From positions 218,860,001-218,924,000 of the forward strand of contig OZ024740.1 of assembly GCA_964016885.1 (NCBI GenBank): DNA of 64,000 nucleotides, in the 5' to 3' direction. Under the pieces are notes generated by a model. The model made no database searches, was not told the DNA's origin, and saw nothing but the letters and a program-made list of their open reading frames with translations. The stretch is from Eledone cirrhosa. Taxonomy: Eukaryota. Positions 62,703-64,000 of this stretch are shown here, piece by piece; the first letter of the stretch is position 1; each line of letters opens with the position of its first letter. A program made the position numbers and the translations under genes.

Positions 62703-64000
62703 ATATATATATATTTAATTACATAATAAACAACACAATATAATTATTCCATTTCCAAAGGTTTCAGGAGACTAGATGATCCTTACAGAAATGTCCAGCT
62801 CATTCATCAGATGAAATAGTGATAACTTTTTTATATTGAGTTGTTTATTATGTAATTAAATAGCTCTCTACTATACAGAGCACTCTTCTTTCCTTTACCT
62901 TTTCTATGGAAATACTTAACACACATATATATATATAAACCACCATTCTATGTTTGTTTTTCCATGCAACTGGACAGATCTCACTACTCATAACGAAAAA
63001 CAGGTGTTCAAATAATATCTCATGGTATTTGTGCTGGCAAAATTACAAAGAATTCCTTGTTACTCTAGCCAATATAAATGCAGTGAACTAGTTACTCGCT
63101 AGTTTGGAAATAAGTAACCCAATAATGCTATTTTTCATCAAACACGATAGAATAAAAAAATTACTTTATTAAAATTTATTAGTATAATTGAAAACGTGTA
63201 ATTAACAGAAAGAACATTAGACTCCAACCTTAAAATATAACAACCAGCAATGATTTATAAACCCCGATAATACAAACAGTTTGTGTTTATTTGTAAAACT
63301 TTTCAAGATCATCTACATTAAATATTGCTAATTTTAAATAGTTGATTTGAAAAAAAAAATTAAATGGTGTCATTCATTTTTTTTAACCAAATTAATTTTT
63401 AGATTTTTTAATAACCCAGCAAGGTTTTATTTAAACCTGAAGGCAATATTAAAAGCCAATTTAGCTATCTAAGAGCAACACTATATTTTATAAAAATGAA
63501 TACCTTAAGTACATACTGTTTATACAGCAGCAATAACCTGTAAGTGTATACAATGGAATTTCATTATGTTCATACATTTTAACAGGTAGATTTATTAAAG
63601 TGAATTAAAATTGTAAATAATACAACAAAATTTTATTTCCTATACTCTCTTAATTCTGTAAAGCAAGGTAATAACCTCACATTCTATACCATTTTAGTCT
63701 ATTTATTAGAAGCTAAATACAACAAATAATTATATTAACACATTACAATGGAAGGGTCAAGTATAATGAAGGTTCTACTTAGTAATAAAATGGAAATGCT
63801 AATAATAACTGGCATTGGCAGCAACAGAAGAATAAGTAGATTGCAACATTGTTTTAAAGAAAATAATACTTCTAACGGATACTTGACACTAACATAACAT
63901 TAAACACAAATATAGCACAATTATGACACTAACAATAAGTACCAGGATTTTGCCAAATTGACTGGTTTTTCCAATTCTTCCAATTTAAATCTCCAACAAT

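Noticed and set aside
54387-64000. Upstream DHX9 coding exon (expected GNWTLENAK...GPDHNR) and upstream RXR DBD/hinge exons in 1-15256
   Set aside because: Searched by eye and not found; assumed to lie outside the window.

Overview
AT-rich, intron-rich animal genomic DNA, most likely a coleoid cephalopod (Octopus-like, judged from the mollusc-type RXR and the SINE/RTE repertoire; this is an inference). Two genes lie tail-to-tail. (1) On +, the 3' part of retinoid X receptor RXR: three ligand-binding-domain exons at 15257-15383, 18224-18448 and 23256-23509; the DBD and hinge exons lie upstream of the window. (2) On -, most of RNA helicase A/DHX9: 25 GT-AG exons from 54386 to 32150 that splice into one open frame of about 1035 codons, running from dsRBD2 through DEIH helicase, HA2 and OB domains to the RGG tail; the 5' exons lie beyond 64000. 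Introns carry a 5'-truncated CR1/L2-group LINE (PHD + 3xCCCH ORF1, EN-RT ORF2), CR1 and RTE fragments, two tRNA-derived SINE families, TTAA-flanked piggyBac-type MITEs, Tc1/mariner and Chapaev-like remnants, and many microsatellites. Best leads, none visible in the ORF track: a candidate stop-containing 'poison' exon (60263-60395, -) in the DHX9 intron that appears positionally orthologous to the human intron carrying the NMD exon 6A; one or two in-frame micro-exons (11965-12012, 9133-9168) that would lengthen the RXR H1-H3 loop; a Cys-to-Phe change in RXR helix 3; and a 71-nt pre-miRNA-like hairpin in the same large DHX9 intron. All coordinates and translations were read by hand and should be confirmed computationally.
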